64,000 bases of DNA from a virus (IMGVR_UViG_3300031754_000001:75584-139583), one strand, 5' to 3'; positions 50,801 to 61,760 are shown, counted from the first letter of the stretch. A program made the numbers and translations. Notes: generated by a model from the sequence alone, not told the origin.

Positions 50801-53800
50801 TCGGCCAGCTGGGGCTTGACGTAATCGATCTCGCGGTCGGTGTCGGGGCTCCAGCCTTCCAGCAGGTCAGGGCGCGCTTCGAGCAGGAGCCTCGCGAGGA
50901 TATGACCTAGCTGGGCGCGGAACATGTCGGCCAGGCCTTCGGTGTCCACGGTGTGCTCCGTGCGGGAGAACGGCTCCTCGCCGTGAACCTGCGAAGTGAC
51001 ATGGTGCCCGAGCAGGGGGTGAGCGGCCAGGGTCCACGGGTCGGTGTAGAGAATGCGCTGGTCCATGATCTCCAGGTACACCCGCGAGTTGCCTTTGTAG
51101 TTGTCGGCCTGCACGACCCGGATCTGGTCCAGGTCTATGGTCCGCTTCATTGGTGCCCTTTCAGATGTTCCGGTCGGTCGGAAGATCAGTACTGCGCCCA
51201 GCGGCGCACGTCCGGGCTGAAACTCTCCGGACCGCCGGCGGCCTCGATTAGCGTGATGACCAGCCGGGCCAGCGACTGGCTGCGCGAGAGGCAGCCCAGC
51301 CGCTCGCCGGGGCTGCTGAACGGGTCGGAGGAGTTGTCCATCCAGATGTCCCGGCTGGACGTGATCCGGTACAGCGCCCGGTCGCGTGCCTGCCGGGTGC
51401 CGGCGATGACCAGCCGGGCGCGGCGCTGGCGCCTGCCGGTGAATTCCAGCCGGCCCCAGTCCTCCTCGTCCGGGTGGTCGGCTGCGTCGATGTCCAGGCC
51501 ATGCTCGACTTCGCCGGCCTGGAACTCAGTCAGGGTCAGGATGATCTCGCCCATGGTCAGGCTCCGTCCGCGATGAACTGCGCCCAGCCGCCGTCGTAGT
51601 GGACCTGGATGCCCGCGCGTACCGCGTCATCGGACAGCTTGGCTACGTCGATGTCCCCGGCCCACTGGCAGTCAGCAATCCAGTCCCGTGCCGCGTTCAG
51701 CAGCCCGGCCTCGCGTGCTTTCCGCTCAGCTTCCTGGTTCCAGGCCAGCCAGCCGGGAAGATTGCGCGTTACGTGTTCGTTCTCGATACGCGGTTCTACG
51801 TGCGGGTAGCCGTGATTTGCTTCCAGCCAGCACTGGATGAGCATCAGGTCGCGGAAGATGTGCCCTTCACGTGAGTTACCGGGTTCTAGAGCATTGCGGT
51901 TGTAATCGGTTTCTTCATCGCGCCAGTTGTAGGCGACGAGACGACCGATGGCTGTGACCAGCGTGCTCGTATCTAGTTCGGTGTTAGTCATGGTCGTTGC
52001 TCCTTGTCGTTTGCGGGCGGGGTCCGGGTCTGCCTGTCCGCGCCGCATTCGGCGCACGCGTAGATGTGCAGGTCCTCGAAGCCGCCGTCCGCGGTGTGGC
52101 GGGTGTCGGTGCCCAGGTAGACCCGGCGGTGCCGGCGCCGGGCCTTGGGCAGGTCGGTCCGCAGCCCGCAGCTCACGGGCACGGGCTGGGGCAGCGGGAA
52201 GATGAATTCGGGCGGCAGGACGGCACCGGGCTCGCCGAGGATGATCGCGCGGAGCCGGGCCGCGCACGTTTCGCAGACGGTGCTCGGGCCGGCTACCCCG
52301 GTCACGGTGACCAGCGCGCCGCATTCGCACTCGCGGGTCCAGGTCTGGATTGTGCCGTGGAATCCGGCCATCGGCTTCTCCTGTCAGTGATCTGGGGGCC
52401 CAGGCCGGCCCTCGCGTTCGCGGGAGCCGGCCTGGCGGGGTATCAGCCGGCCTAGATGTCGCCGTTGGTGTCGCAGTCCTGCCGGGCATAGCCGGCGTCC
52501 TGCCGGAGGACGGCGGTCCGGGCGTGCCGGGCACGGTCGCCGGCCCACAGCCTGATATCCACGCGCAGGTAGGTGTCCGCGTGCCGGGCCAGCCGGGCCA
52601 TCCGCGTGAACTCCCGGCCGGACGGGTGCCGCTCGTATGCGCTGAACGCGCGGCACGTGGCCGTGTCATACCAGCCGGCGTCGTGCGCGGTCACCGCGCT
52701 GGCGTTCGCGGCTGCGGCCGGGAGGACCCCGGTTGCCAGGCCGGCTGCCCCGGTGAGGATGGCGCTGGCCGTCAGGATGCCTAGCGCGGTGCGGAACCGG
52801 CGGGCGATCGCCTGGAAGCGGTCACGGGTCATGGGTGTCTCCTGATCTCGGGTCTTGGTCCGGGTTGCCGTCTGGCCCCCGTGGCACGGCCAGGGTGCGG
52901 GGGTGCGCGCCGCTGGCCGGCCATGACGGGTCAGACGGTACGGGACACGGTGAACTCGCACCGAACCCGGTCGTACCGGATCAGCCAGGACACGCCGTCG
53001 CGCCGGGCCGTCGTGCTGGATCCCAGCGCCGCCGCGTTCATCAGCATGGTCCGGGCGCGGGCGCGGGGAACGCCGTTATCCACCAGCTGGCTGATGGCTG
53101 CGTCGCGGGTTTCGCGCATCCGCTCGCGCGTGGCCATTCCGGACGTGAAGCTGTCCAGTGCCATGAACACGCCGGCCCGGTCAGCCAGGCTGATCATGGC
53201 CAGCGCCCGGTTGTCCTGGTACCGGCCGCCGCTGTAGCTCAGCATCCCGCTCTCGCCCGCGCAGGCGGTCCAGGTGACGGTCATGCCGTTCTCGCCCTGC
53301 GCGGCGACGAACCAGGACGCCAACAGGCCGGGGCTCGCCGGCGCACCGGGCAGCACCGCGAACACGGTGTAGCCGTTGTTCCGGGTCACGCCGGGCACGG
53401 GCGGCGCCATCGTGCGCGCCGCGCGCCCGGCCTCGGCCGCCAGCTCGTCTGCGTCGCCGGCTGGGGATAGCTGGGCTCGCACGGCATCGGCCAGCGCGAC
53501 GAGTGCGCTGTAATGATTCTCGGTCTCGGTGTCGGCTAGCGCGAGCGCTTTCTCAACCGGAGTCCGGTTGCCGGGCTCGCGCTCTGCGTATCGCACGGTC
53601 AGGCCGTAACCACGGGCGTAATATTGCGGGCTGTACTGGTCATCTACCTGGATCAGGCCGTCAAGGCCGGGCTCGGTGACGCGGGTCGCGGCGTAGAAGA
53701 CGGCCGGCTTGCCCAGTGAGTTGGCGATGGTGTCGCCGGGGCGGACTTCGGTGCCGTCTTCGCGGTAGGCCTTCATGGCAGTCATGGGGTTCTCCTCAGA

Positions 53801-54880
53801 TGTCCTGGCTGGCGGGCTGGGCAGGCACGGGCACGGGCAGCGCGAGCGCGTCGCCGATCCTGGCGTGCAGCCGGGTTAGTTCCTCGCGTGTCCACCAGCC
53901 GTTAGCCACGCGGGAGACGTGCACGCGGAACTCGGGGTCTGCTCCGTTGTCTTCGGCGCGCAATTCTCCAGGGGTGACCTGGGTGATCCGGAATGTCTTG
54001 TCCCGGGTGTCGTATCGCATGGGGTTCTCCTCAGATGCCCCTGGACGGGGCTGTGGTGGCCGCTGGCGGCCTGACGGGTGCCGCTGCGGGTTACGGGCAT
54101 GGCTTTTCTTCTGATCGGTCGGAATTTCCGTGGACGGTGAGCGTGAATACGCTGACGTTCGGGCGGATGCCGCGATGCCGGCCGGTGATCATCAGGGCCA
54201 TGCCGTCGATCGTGATGCGCTGGCCGCGTTCCGGGATGGGCTCGAACCCGTGCAGCCAGGTCAGCCGGATGTCATGCGTGCCGGGCCGGCCGATCTGCGC
54301 GGTGACGTACATGCTGCCGTAACTGGTGTGCCTGCGCCGCACGCTGGTTACCGTGCCGGTGACTTCCACGGGTCAGCCACCGCCCCAGGCCAGCCACGCT
54401 TGCGGAGCGGTGTTCTCGGTGATGCGGATGACCTTCGGGGCGGTGCGCAGATCGCGCTCGATCGCGTCCGACCTGGAGCTGTGCGCCTGGCGGACAGCGG
54501 CCTTGGCTGCACGCAGGTTAGGCGCGAGCGCGATGATCATGCCCGCGGACCAGTCTGCCAGCGCGTCTTCCCACACGTACAGCTTGAACGGCTGCGTGAT
54601 CATGGTTGTCTCCTCAGATCTCCTCTTCGGCCAGGGCGCACACATCGGCGCGGTACTGGCCGTAGATGGTCCGCGCGGCATGCTCGGCCGCGTTCTGGGT
54701 GGCGTATGGCGTGGTCTCGGCCAGGTAGCCCGGGATCCGGGTCACCAGGTCTACGCCCGGATGGCCGTCCGCGCGGCGGATGCGGAACCAGCCGCGCACC
54801 AGCCGTACCTCGGCTACGGGCTGGCCGTTCTCGCCGGTAACCCGGTTGTCCAGGCCAGCCCGCGTCGTCTGGGTTGTCAC
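41856..54880 (-). other. array of about 30 small leftward hypothetical genes (early/host-takeover-type region)
   Basis: Tightly packed 60-280 aa ORFs with similar RBS/start contexts, e.g. 43046-43486, 43949-44395, 44397-44759, 44756-45232, 45276-45845, 46322-46612, 46651-47004, 47001-47447, 47735-48226, 48231-48620, 49380-49745, 49992-50417, 50782-51150, 51186-51554, 51557-51991, 52931-53785, 54614-54880. Confidence 0.7.
42128..42811 (-). CDS. protein with an N-terminal Phd/YefM-like segment
   Basis: RTAVVSGGRTVAAIVP.GDL..L. Confidence 0.5.
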   Translation of the reverse strand: MTDRIRTLNADISDSEIRLEELEGALDLASDQDQRTAVVSGGRTVAAIVPAGDLTRLQALDAAVLSGQPGTSGRPEPDVISREIRSDGMQSPVSPDITVVNASSANLRAELDYRNQPDVYTALGMILEGLNSPDHIVTRIIQAQAALRALRDQIRQGPGAGPSKAGILARFAPPAPTSRDPAPELTAMTRRLAELIRTLGITCDAAGMSQRSPAEIARWLRYGDDAP

Positions 54881-56685
54881 GATGACGCGCTCTCGTGCTC
54901 ATCTAGGGCATGCGAGGTGATCCCCGCCAGGTAGCGGTCGGCCGCCTTCTGGGATACCAGTCCGGCAGCGATTTCGCGTAGTGACGCTCCTGTCGTGTCT
55001 GGTCTTGTGTTCAGCTCGCGGCACAGCCCGCACAGGTCGCTCTCGCCGGCCAGGTGCGCCGCGATGGCGTGGATGGCGCCCGGGACGCAGCGCTCGCAGC
55101 CGGGGCAGTCCGATTCGGGGTGGATGTCCGTGCTGCTGACGGGGTGCGGCCAGCGCGCGGCGCAGCGCAGGCAGATGCGCGCCCAGGCCTGGCTAGGCTG
55201 GTGGCCGCTGACGTACAGGCCGTCCGCGCTCGTGCGGGTCCCCGCGTGCCAGCCCAGGTCGGCGTCCGGGAAGACAGCCGGCGGGCTGGCCGCGGATCTC
55301 GTGTTCTCCTCCCGCCATTCCGCGATGATCTGCTGAGTCCTGCTGACAGCGCCTGCCGGCTCGTGATTCCGGGATTTCCGGGGCTTAGTCCGACTGGTCG
55401 GAACCTCGGTCCGGTGCCCGGACCAGGGTGGCGCGATCGACGGGGAGCGTCGCGCCGGGATCAGCGGGCCAGGTCCGTCTTTGGCCATGGCCTCCTGATA
55501 GGCGTCCTCCCGCGCGGCGGCGTCCAGGGCGCAGGTGCACGCATCCAGGTCCTTGCCGCAGTCGGTGCATCCGGCGTCCCAGGGCAGCTTCACGGGCTGG
55601 CTGTCCGGGTCATTGTCGTAAGCGCATTCGCACCCGGCCACGTGGCGCGAGCAATTCGCGCACAGGACGTCATCGTAGAGTGATTTTCCCGGGCGCAGCG
55701 TGCAGTATTCGCCCCAGGTCATCTGCCGCCAGGCCTGGCTGGAAGTTGCCGGCGTGATCGCCAGGATCCTGGAGGCCTCGCCGCGGATGTGATCCGGCAC
55801 ATAGCACATGCAGCCCTTGTTCTCGATCTGGCCGCAGTCCTGGCACGCTCCGCACTCCAGGCAGTAGCCGGTGACCGAATCGACGGATTCTTCCGCGAAG
55901 CACACGTCGCAGTCGCCGTAGTAGTCGTCGTACCGGCTGTAGCCGGAGTATCGCTCCGGTTCGTGCGGCATGGCCGTCCCGGCGTTCTGCTCGTGGAACC
56001 GCAGGTATTTCGCCGTCATCGCGAACGTGTTGCCGAGGTAGGCGTAACCGCGTTCGGAGTGGTAGTCCCCCTGGTACCCGACGCCCCAGTTGAAGGCCTT
56101 GACGCCCAGGTGCTCCAGGTAGGCGATGTCGGAGTAGCTGCCGTGGCCCATGACCGCGCCGCTCGCCTCCACGGCCCGCCGGCTGGCCCGGTCCTCGTAC
56201 TGGTACATCACGACGTCCGTGCCGCCCCGGTCGAACTCGATCACCCAGTCGTAGTCCTTGCCCGGCTTGAAGTGCTCGGCTGTTGACTGGCCGGATTCCT
56301 CGCCCACGGTGAGCAGCCAGTCGCAGGTGACGCCTAGTTCCGGCAGCAGCTTGAGGATGACGTACGCGCCCAGCCGGTCGTCCAGGGCTCCCGAGACGAC
56401 GAGCGGCCCGCGCTCCGTGGCGCTGAAGCGCGGCGTGCGGCGGTCCCTGCGCACTACGGTGTCCAGGTGCGCGACCGCCAGCACGCTCGACCCGTTGTCG
56501 CGGAAGTGGTAGTAATCTTCCGGCCGATCGGAAGATCTCCAGGACGACCGCTGTTCGACGCGGACGGTCTGCATCCCGAAGGCGCGGCCGAACTTGCGCT
56601 CTGGCAGCGTGAGGATGCGCGCCAGCGTGTCCTGGTTGTACGCGCGCCGGACCTGGCGGGTGAATGAGTTCTTACCTGACATCAT
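54877..56685 (-). CDS. M28-like zinc peptidase domain + multiple CxxC zinc ribbons
   Basis: AHLDTV, GALDDRLG, GEESG, EFDR.G, GSYSDI, N.GVGY...HSE; Cys-rich C-terminal half. Confidence 0.8.
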   Translation of the reverse strand: MMSGKNSFTRQVRRAYNQDTLARILTLPERKFGRAFGMQTVRVEQRSSWRSSDRPEDYYHFRDNGSSVLAVAHLDTVVRRDRRTPRFSATERGPLVVSGALDDRLGAYVILKLLPELGVTCDWLLTVGEESGQSTAEHFKPGKDYDWVIEFDRGGTDVVMYQYEDRASRRAVEASGAVMGHGSYSDIAYLEHLGVKAFNWGVGYQGDYHSERGYAYLGNTFAMTAKYLRFHEQNAGTAMPHEPERYSGYSRYDDYYGDCDVCFAEESVDSVTGYCLECGACQDCGQIENKGCMCYVPDHIRGEASRILAITPATSSQAWRQMTWGEYCTLRPGKSLYDDVLCANCSRHVAGCECAYDNDPDSQPVKLPWDAGCTDCGKDLDACTCALDAAAREDAYQEAMAKDGPGPLIPARRSPSIAPPWSGHRTEVPTSRTKPRKSRNHEPAGAVSRTQQIIAEWREENTRSAASPPAVFPDADLGWHAGTRTSADGLYVSGHQPSQAWARICLRCAARWPHPVSSTDIHPESDCPGCERCVPGAIHAIAAHLAGESDLCGLCRELNTRPDTTGASLREIAAGLVSQKAADRYLAGITSHALDEHESASS

Positions 56686-56862
56686 TTCTCTTTTCCAGCA
56701 ATGCGGTGAGTGCTTCATGCAGTGCCTGGTCGCTATCGGTGATGTTGTTCTGACCGGCCGGAACTTTGCCTTGCTGGCGCTGGCGTTCCAGGGCCACGGC
56801 CAGCAGCCCGCGCACCGTGTAGCCAGCCGCGAAGCTGATCAGGGCCGTGATGAGGACGGTGG

Positions 56863-58551
56863 TCAGCATGAGATCAGCTCTCTTTCGAACAGGTTTGAGT
56901 GCTGGCTGATGTCCAGGTCCAGGCTCCCGTCCGTGTATTGCTCCGCGATGTCCTCGGGCGCCACGAGGTAGCCGCCGGCGTTGACGTACATCGGCTCGGC
57001 GCTGAAGCCGATTTTCCGGTAGGTCCAGCCCGCCATGTGCGCGAGGATCCGGGGCGCGGCGTAGCCGCTCAGGTCGCCGTACCCGTTGAACACCACGAAG
57101 GCGTCCGGTGTCATGGTGTCGAACGTCGGGACCAGCTTCCCGCGCTCGTCCCGTCGCAGCGGCAGCACCCAGGCCCGGCCGGACACGTTGCCGTAGCCGT
57201 CGAATGACCGCAGCCCGAGGCCGCCGTTGGTTTTCAGCGCGCAGCGGCTCTCGCCGTAGCTGCCCCACCAGCACGAGTCCTCGTGATAGAACTCCGAGGC
57301 GCCCATGTTCAGGTCCCGGGTGACCTCGATGGCGACGCTGACCTGCGTGCTGTGGTCTCGCGCGATGACGCCGACCTGCGACATGACATCTTGCGTGACC
57401 TTGATCTGGTGATCCTGGTAGGCGTGGCGGCTGAGCCGCCGGGTGAAGTTCCCGGTCCTGGTTTGCCACTGGTCGCCCAGCTTGTCCAGGTCGTAGGCCA
57501 GGTTCGTGTACTGGTGGAGGTACTCGCCGTTTTCGCGATGGCGCTGGCACAGCAGGTAATTGCGGATAGCGGCCAGGCCCTCGGCGGAAATGGTGCCGGC
57601 CGGCAGCGTGACCGTGATCCGCGTGTCGTTCGCCAGCGGCTCGCAGCCGTCGTTGCGGACCGCGAACTTCAGCTGCGGTGACGTGCAGCAGCCGTAGCCG
57701 TCATTGTGGCTGTGGTCGGATGAGTTCTCGTCGTGGTACCAGCCCTCGCACTCCTTGCAGTACGAGTAGCAGTTATCGCGGCAGCTATCGCAGATGTCTG
57801 ACCCGCTCAGCGTTTCCGTCAGGTCGCCGGCCGGGTACCGCTCCTCGCAGCTGGCGCAGGTCGCCCAGTCGTCCCAGCACGATCCGCAGATGCTGACCGA
57901 GCCGTCCTGGGCTGAGGACATGTTCCCGTCCCACTCGGGCTCGTTGCAGTTGTCGCAGAACGCGAGGTTGTCGATTTCGTCAGGGTCGCGGACGATCTCC
58001 CGCAGGTGCTGCCGGAACTCTGCCTGGCGGGTGCTGGTCGACCAGGTGCTGAACGTGAACCCGGTCCACAGCTCGCTCAGGTCCAGGTCGCTGGCGGTCG
58101 CGTCCCGGTCGTAGCCCTCGCGGTTGTAGCCGTCCTTGTCGTAGCCGTAGCGGTCGTAACCGTCTGCGCCGAGGCCGTCCTCGTCGTAGCCGTCCGCGTC
58201 GTAGCCCCGGGCATTGAAGCCGTTCCGGTCGTAGCCGTCCGCGTCGTAGCCGCGCGAGTCGTAGCCATCTTCCGACTGGTCGGACAATGACGGCACCGGC
58301 TGGCCCGGGACCGGGGGGTCGTCGCTGCGGATGTTGGGGCAGCCGTCCGGCGTGTGGAAGTCGCCGGCGTTGGCGTCCAGGATGTGATAGCACCGGATAA
58401 GGCCGTCTTCGCCGTCATGTTCGACCGGGATGATGAACTGCCCGGCCAGGCCGAGGTTCGTCTGGCCGGCCCGGTGCCATACGGTGCACGGCAGCCCGTC
58501 GTGCGAGATGTGAAATTCGGTTGCCGCGAACGCCTGCTCGTAAGTGATCAT
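56863..58551 (-). CDS. GYD-repeat / CxxC-repeat protein with an uncharacterised C-terminal domain
   Basis: About 11 GYDxx pentapeptides, five CxxC pairs, then SCWWG...GRAWV...FNGYG. Confidence 0.8.
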   Translation of the reverse strand: MITYEQAFAATEFHISHDGLPCTVWHRAGQTNLGLAGQFIIPVEHDGEDGLIRCYHILDANAGDFHTPDGCPNIRSDDPPVPGQPVPSLSDQSEDGYDSRGYDADGYDRNGFNARGYDADGYDEDGLGADGYDRYGYDKDGYNREGYDRDATASDLDLSELWTGFTFSTWSTSTRQAEFRQHLREIVRDPDEIDNLAFCDNCNEPEWDGNMSSAQDGSVSICGSCWDDWATCASCEERYPAGDLTETLSGSDICDSCRDNCYSYCKECEGWYHDENSSDHSHNDGYGCCTSPQLKFAVRNDGCEPLANDTRITVTLPAGTISAEGLAAIRNYLLCQRHRENGEYLHQYTNLAYDLDKLGDQWQTRTGNFTRRLSRHAYQDHQIKVTQDVMSQVGVIARDHSTQVSVAIEVTRDLNMGASEFYHEDSCWWGSYGESRCALKTNGGLGLRSFDGYGNVSGRAWVLPLRRDERGKLVPTFDTMTPDAFVVFNGYGDLSGYAAPRILAHMAGWTYRKIGFSAEPMYVNAGGYLVAPEDIAEQYTDGSLDLDISQHSNLFERELISC

Positions 58552-58906
58552 GGCATGTCTCCTGGTCCTGGGTCTGTGATCGTCGGGTCTGTGGTCGTGG
58601 GTCTGGGGTCTGGTTATTCCGACTGATCGGAATGGCGAGGGCTAAGTTTTTCCGGAACCGGGCTAGGGTTGCCCTGTCTAGTTCGGCTGCTAGCTCAGCC
58701 CGGCTGCGCAGACCTGGTGTGGTCGGCCAGTGCTGCCAGCCGTAGCGTACGTACAGGCGGTTACGCCAGAAGTTCAGCCAGCTTGCGCGGGTCGGCCAGG
58801 CGGATAGGCGCCAGCGTGCACGGTACATCTGTGGCTTGCTCATGATTGGTCCTCCCATGGGTGGTTACGGGCCGGGTAATTCCGGTCGGTCGGAAAATCA
58901 GGCCGG

Positions 58907-59329
58907 CTAGTCGGTGTGCATGGGCGCCTGGTCGCGGCGTTGCCGCCTGGTCAGCCGCGCGGGGTGCTGGTCACTGCCGAACGCGAACCTGATTTCGGCG
59001 AGGTAGGCCAGCGGGCCGAGATTGTCATAGGTCCTGGCTGCGCGGCGCGCGAGGATGATCATGCGCATGTCGCAGATCAGGAACAGCCCGGCTGAGACGG
59101 AGCCGGCCAGCATGGCGGGCATCGGCAGGAGGCTAGTTGTCCAGAGCCCGGTAAAGAGCCCGATGTACGCGGCCTGGAGCCCGGCCAGGGTTAGCCAGTC
59201 ACGGACGGCCCGGTGGATCGTGCCGTGCAGGCTGGCTGGCTTGCGGGCATTCAGGCGCTTTGATGCCATGATGGATCCGGCAATCATGACGGCATATAGC
59301 AGGTAAGGGATCTGGCGGGCGAGGTTCAT
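58907..59329 (-). CDS. membrane protein
   Basis: 3 hydrophobic segments; GAGGA RBS. Confidence 0.6.
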   Translation of the reverse strand: MNLARQIPYLLYAVMIAGSIMASKRLNARKPASLHGTIHRAVRDWLTLAGLQAAYIGLFTGLWTTSLLPMPAMLAGSVSAGLFLICDMRMIILARRAARTYDNLGPLAYLAEIRFAFGSDQHPARLTRRQRRDQAPMHTD

Positions 59330-59827
59330 GATCGTTTGTCCTCTGGTCTGGGGTCTGGCTGGCTGGCCTGGTCGGTATCTCAACGAGGACGCATTCCCGG
59401 CAGGTAACCATTGAAAGCCTGTGCGTGACGGACGTCCAGAAACGCTTTCTCTTCCCGCACGCTGTCAGCTCGGTGCTTTCCTCCATGTAATGCGTCATCC
59501 CCGGTCGCAGTCGGTGACGGGCGGCAGCTGCATGTCCCGCCGGAGGTCATTAAGTGCCCCGGTGAGCGCTTGCAAGACGTTGACGTGGGGATTGTCGCTG
59601 GTCACGCGGACGGGCCGGCGTTCAACGACCAGCCCGTAATCGGTGGTGACGCTAACCGTGTACGTGGTCACGTGAACCACTTCCGGGCGATCGCCGTGCT
59701 GACGGTCGGGGCGTCGGCAGGTGCCGGATCCGGGCGCGGCCGGCGGGTGACCTGTATCTGAATTTGCTTGCTCATGATCATGTTCTCCAGTTCTGTGATC
59801 GGTGATCGTTGCCCGGGTATCTGCCAC

Positions 59828-59869
59828 GGTGCGCGGAAGATTCCGGTTAGCGGGAACCTTCCGCGCACC
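59828..59869. other. 12-bp-arm inverted repeat enclosing a 16-bp palindrome variant
   Basis: GGTGCGCGGAAG-A-TTCCGGTTAGCGGGAA-C-CTTCCGCGCACC. Confidence 0.7.
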
Positions 59870-60372
59870 ATGGGTGGCTGGCCGGGGTGACCCGCCGTTA
59901 TCCGCCGGCGGCAGCGTAGCGCTTGGTTCTCAGTTGCTGCATAAAGGCCAGGTCATGTGCGCGTCTCCGTTCTGAAGTCAGGTTCCGGTCGGTCGGAAGA
60001 TCAGTCGTCGGCGTCGGACAGGACGTCCGTCATGCCGTGACCGCGCAGTGTCGCCGCGAAATCGCGGGCATCCTGCTTGTGCTCGAATGTGCGTATCTCC
60101 GGTTCGGGGGACGGGGAGAACCGGCTGGAGTAGATCACCGTGAACATGGCTAGTTCTGGTTCCGGCGGTTGGCCTGCGCGGCCAGCTCTGCGCGGGTAAG
60201 CGGCCCGCGATAGCCGTTACGGGCAGCATCGCGGCGGCGCGCGGCCAGGTAGCGGTGTTCCGCGTCGGCCTGGCTGATCCGGCGCATGGTGGCGAGGCGG
60301 GCAATGGCAGTTGGCGTGCTGGTCATGATCGTGTCTCCGGTTCTGTGATCGGTTATCGGTTCGGGAGGTCAG

Positions 60373-60437
60373 TGGCAAACGCCGGAATCGAACCGGCATC
60401 GGGCTATCATCCGCCGGCTGCCATGCCGGGCACTGCC
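60373..60437 (-). ncRNA. degenerate tRNA-like element
   Basis: Perfect T-arm GCCGG-TTCGATT-CCGGC, partial acceptor stem and D-like hairpin; no CCA. Confidence 0.35.
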
Positions 60438-61034
60438 AGGGGGCCGCGCGCCTTCAGCTGGTAAGGCGCGCGGCAGGTAATGTTCCGGTTGGTCGGAAAT
60501 TGCCAGGAAGCGGACCCGTCATCCGGTACTGTGACGGGTGATCCGGCCATCCGACCACTTGACCGTGATCCAGCCATTACGGCGCGCGATAATCGTGTAG
60601 TTCATGATCAGTGCTCCCTGGTCTGAGGTCTGGTGATTGTTCCGGCTAGCGGTGGATGGCCCGGTTACCCGTGTTGCCACGGGCCGGATTGTCCCTTAGC
60701 CCGGCATTGGCGCGGTTCGAACCATGACGCCGATCGGCCCGTTATCCCTTGTGACTGCCAGCTAGTTTCAGCTGGCCGGCCTATCGCTGCCGCGCGTACG
60801 TGAGCTGTATGGCCGGGAGCCTGCCTTTCTGCCGTTCCCGTCATGGCGTCAGATTCCGGGCACCCTAGCGCGACCACACGGGAACTTCGCGCTTGCCTGG
60901 CTTGCCAGCCGTTGCCCTACGTCGCAGGGAGTCTCTAGCATGCTGGCCGTACTGGTGATCACGTGCCGCTTCGCGCGGTACATCCGGACAGACTGTCGCG
61001 TGATCCTGGCTAGGTTCCGGTCGGCCGGAAGGTC

Positions 61035-61676
61035 TCAGACAATCGCCATGGTGGGTACGGTGGACCAGCCCTGGATGACCTGGGTAACGGTCCGCCAGCG
61101 TGCCTGGCCTTCGCGTCGCTGTTCCATGCGGGTAATGCGCTTGCGCGTACCGTGACCTTCCATAGTCACGCGGACGGTCCAGCGTATGCCGGTTTCGTGC
61201 TGAGTTACGGTATGGGTCCACACTTGGATAGTCATGGTCATATCCCCGATTCCGATCGGTCGGAAGGTTGACGGTCACTGTTCGGTGGTCTGGTGGCCGG
61301 AATCGTCCGACCGGTCGGAAGTTGGCACGCGGTTAGGGTGAGCGGTGACGCGTCACGCACGCCGGCCTGTTTCGGTGATGCGGCCAGGATCGGCCGGCAT
61401 GACGGTGGCGGCGCGATGTGTCCGGATAGCGGCAGGTTTGACGAACGTCCGCATGTCCGCTAGCCCGTCGCTGGGCGCGTATGCGGTATCCCGCCACCAG
61501 TCCGGAAACGGTGCGCTGTCAGAAAGTCCGGCGAGGTCACATGCCGCACCGGGCCGGCGGCTACGGCGTGCGCGGCTACGGCGCGGCCGGACGGGTTCCG
61601 GGGTGACTTCTACCGTTACTGTCTCCCACTCCCCGGCCAGCGGATTCCAGTGCTGGCATGTCTCGGTCATGATCAT
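61035..61676 (-). other. two small hypothetical genes (61035-61241, 61353-61676)
   Basis: RBS-preceded ORFs next to 16-bp sites. Confidence 0.55.
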
Positions 61677-61696
61677 GTGCGCATGTCTCCTATTGG

Positions 61697-61730
61697 GCCG
61701 GCGCGCCCTTACTCAGCAGGGCGCGCCGGC
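61697..61730 (-). terminator. 13-bp hairpin downstream of the HTH gene
   Basis: GCCGGCGCGCCCT/AGGGCGCGCCGGC. Confidence 0.45.
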
Positions 61731-61760
61731 GGGTGACGTTCTGGCTGGCCGGGCGGGAAA

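Noticed and set aside
58101-58270. 15-bp periodic DNA repeat as a DGR or contingency locus
   Set aside because: Explained by the GYDxx peptide repeat; no reverse transcriptase in the window
60711-60725. Second T-loop-like GGTTCGAACC
   Set aside because: 6-nt loop, mismatched stem and no cloverleaf
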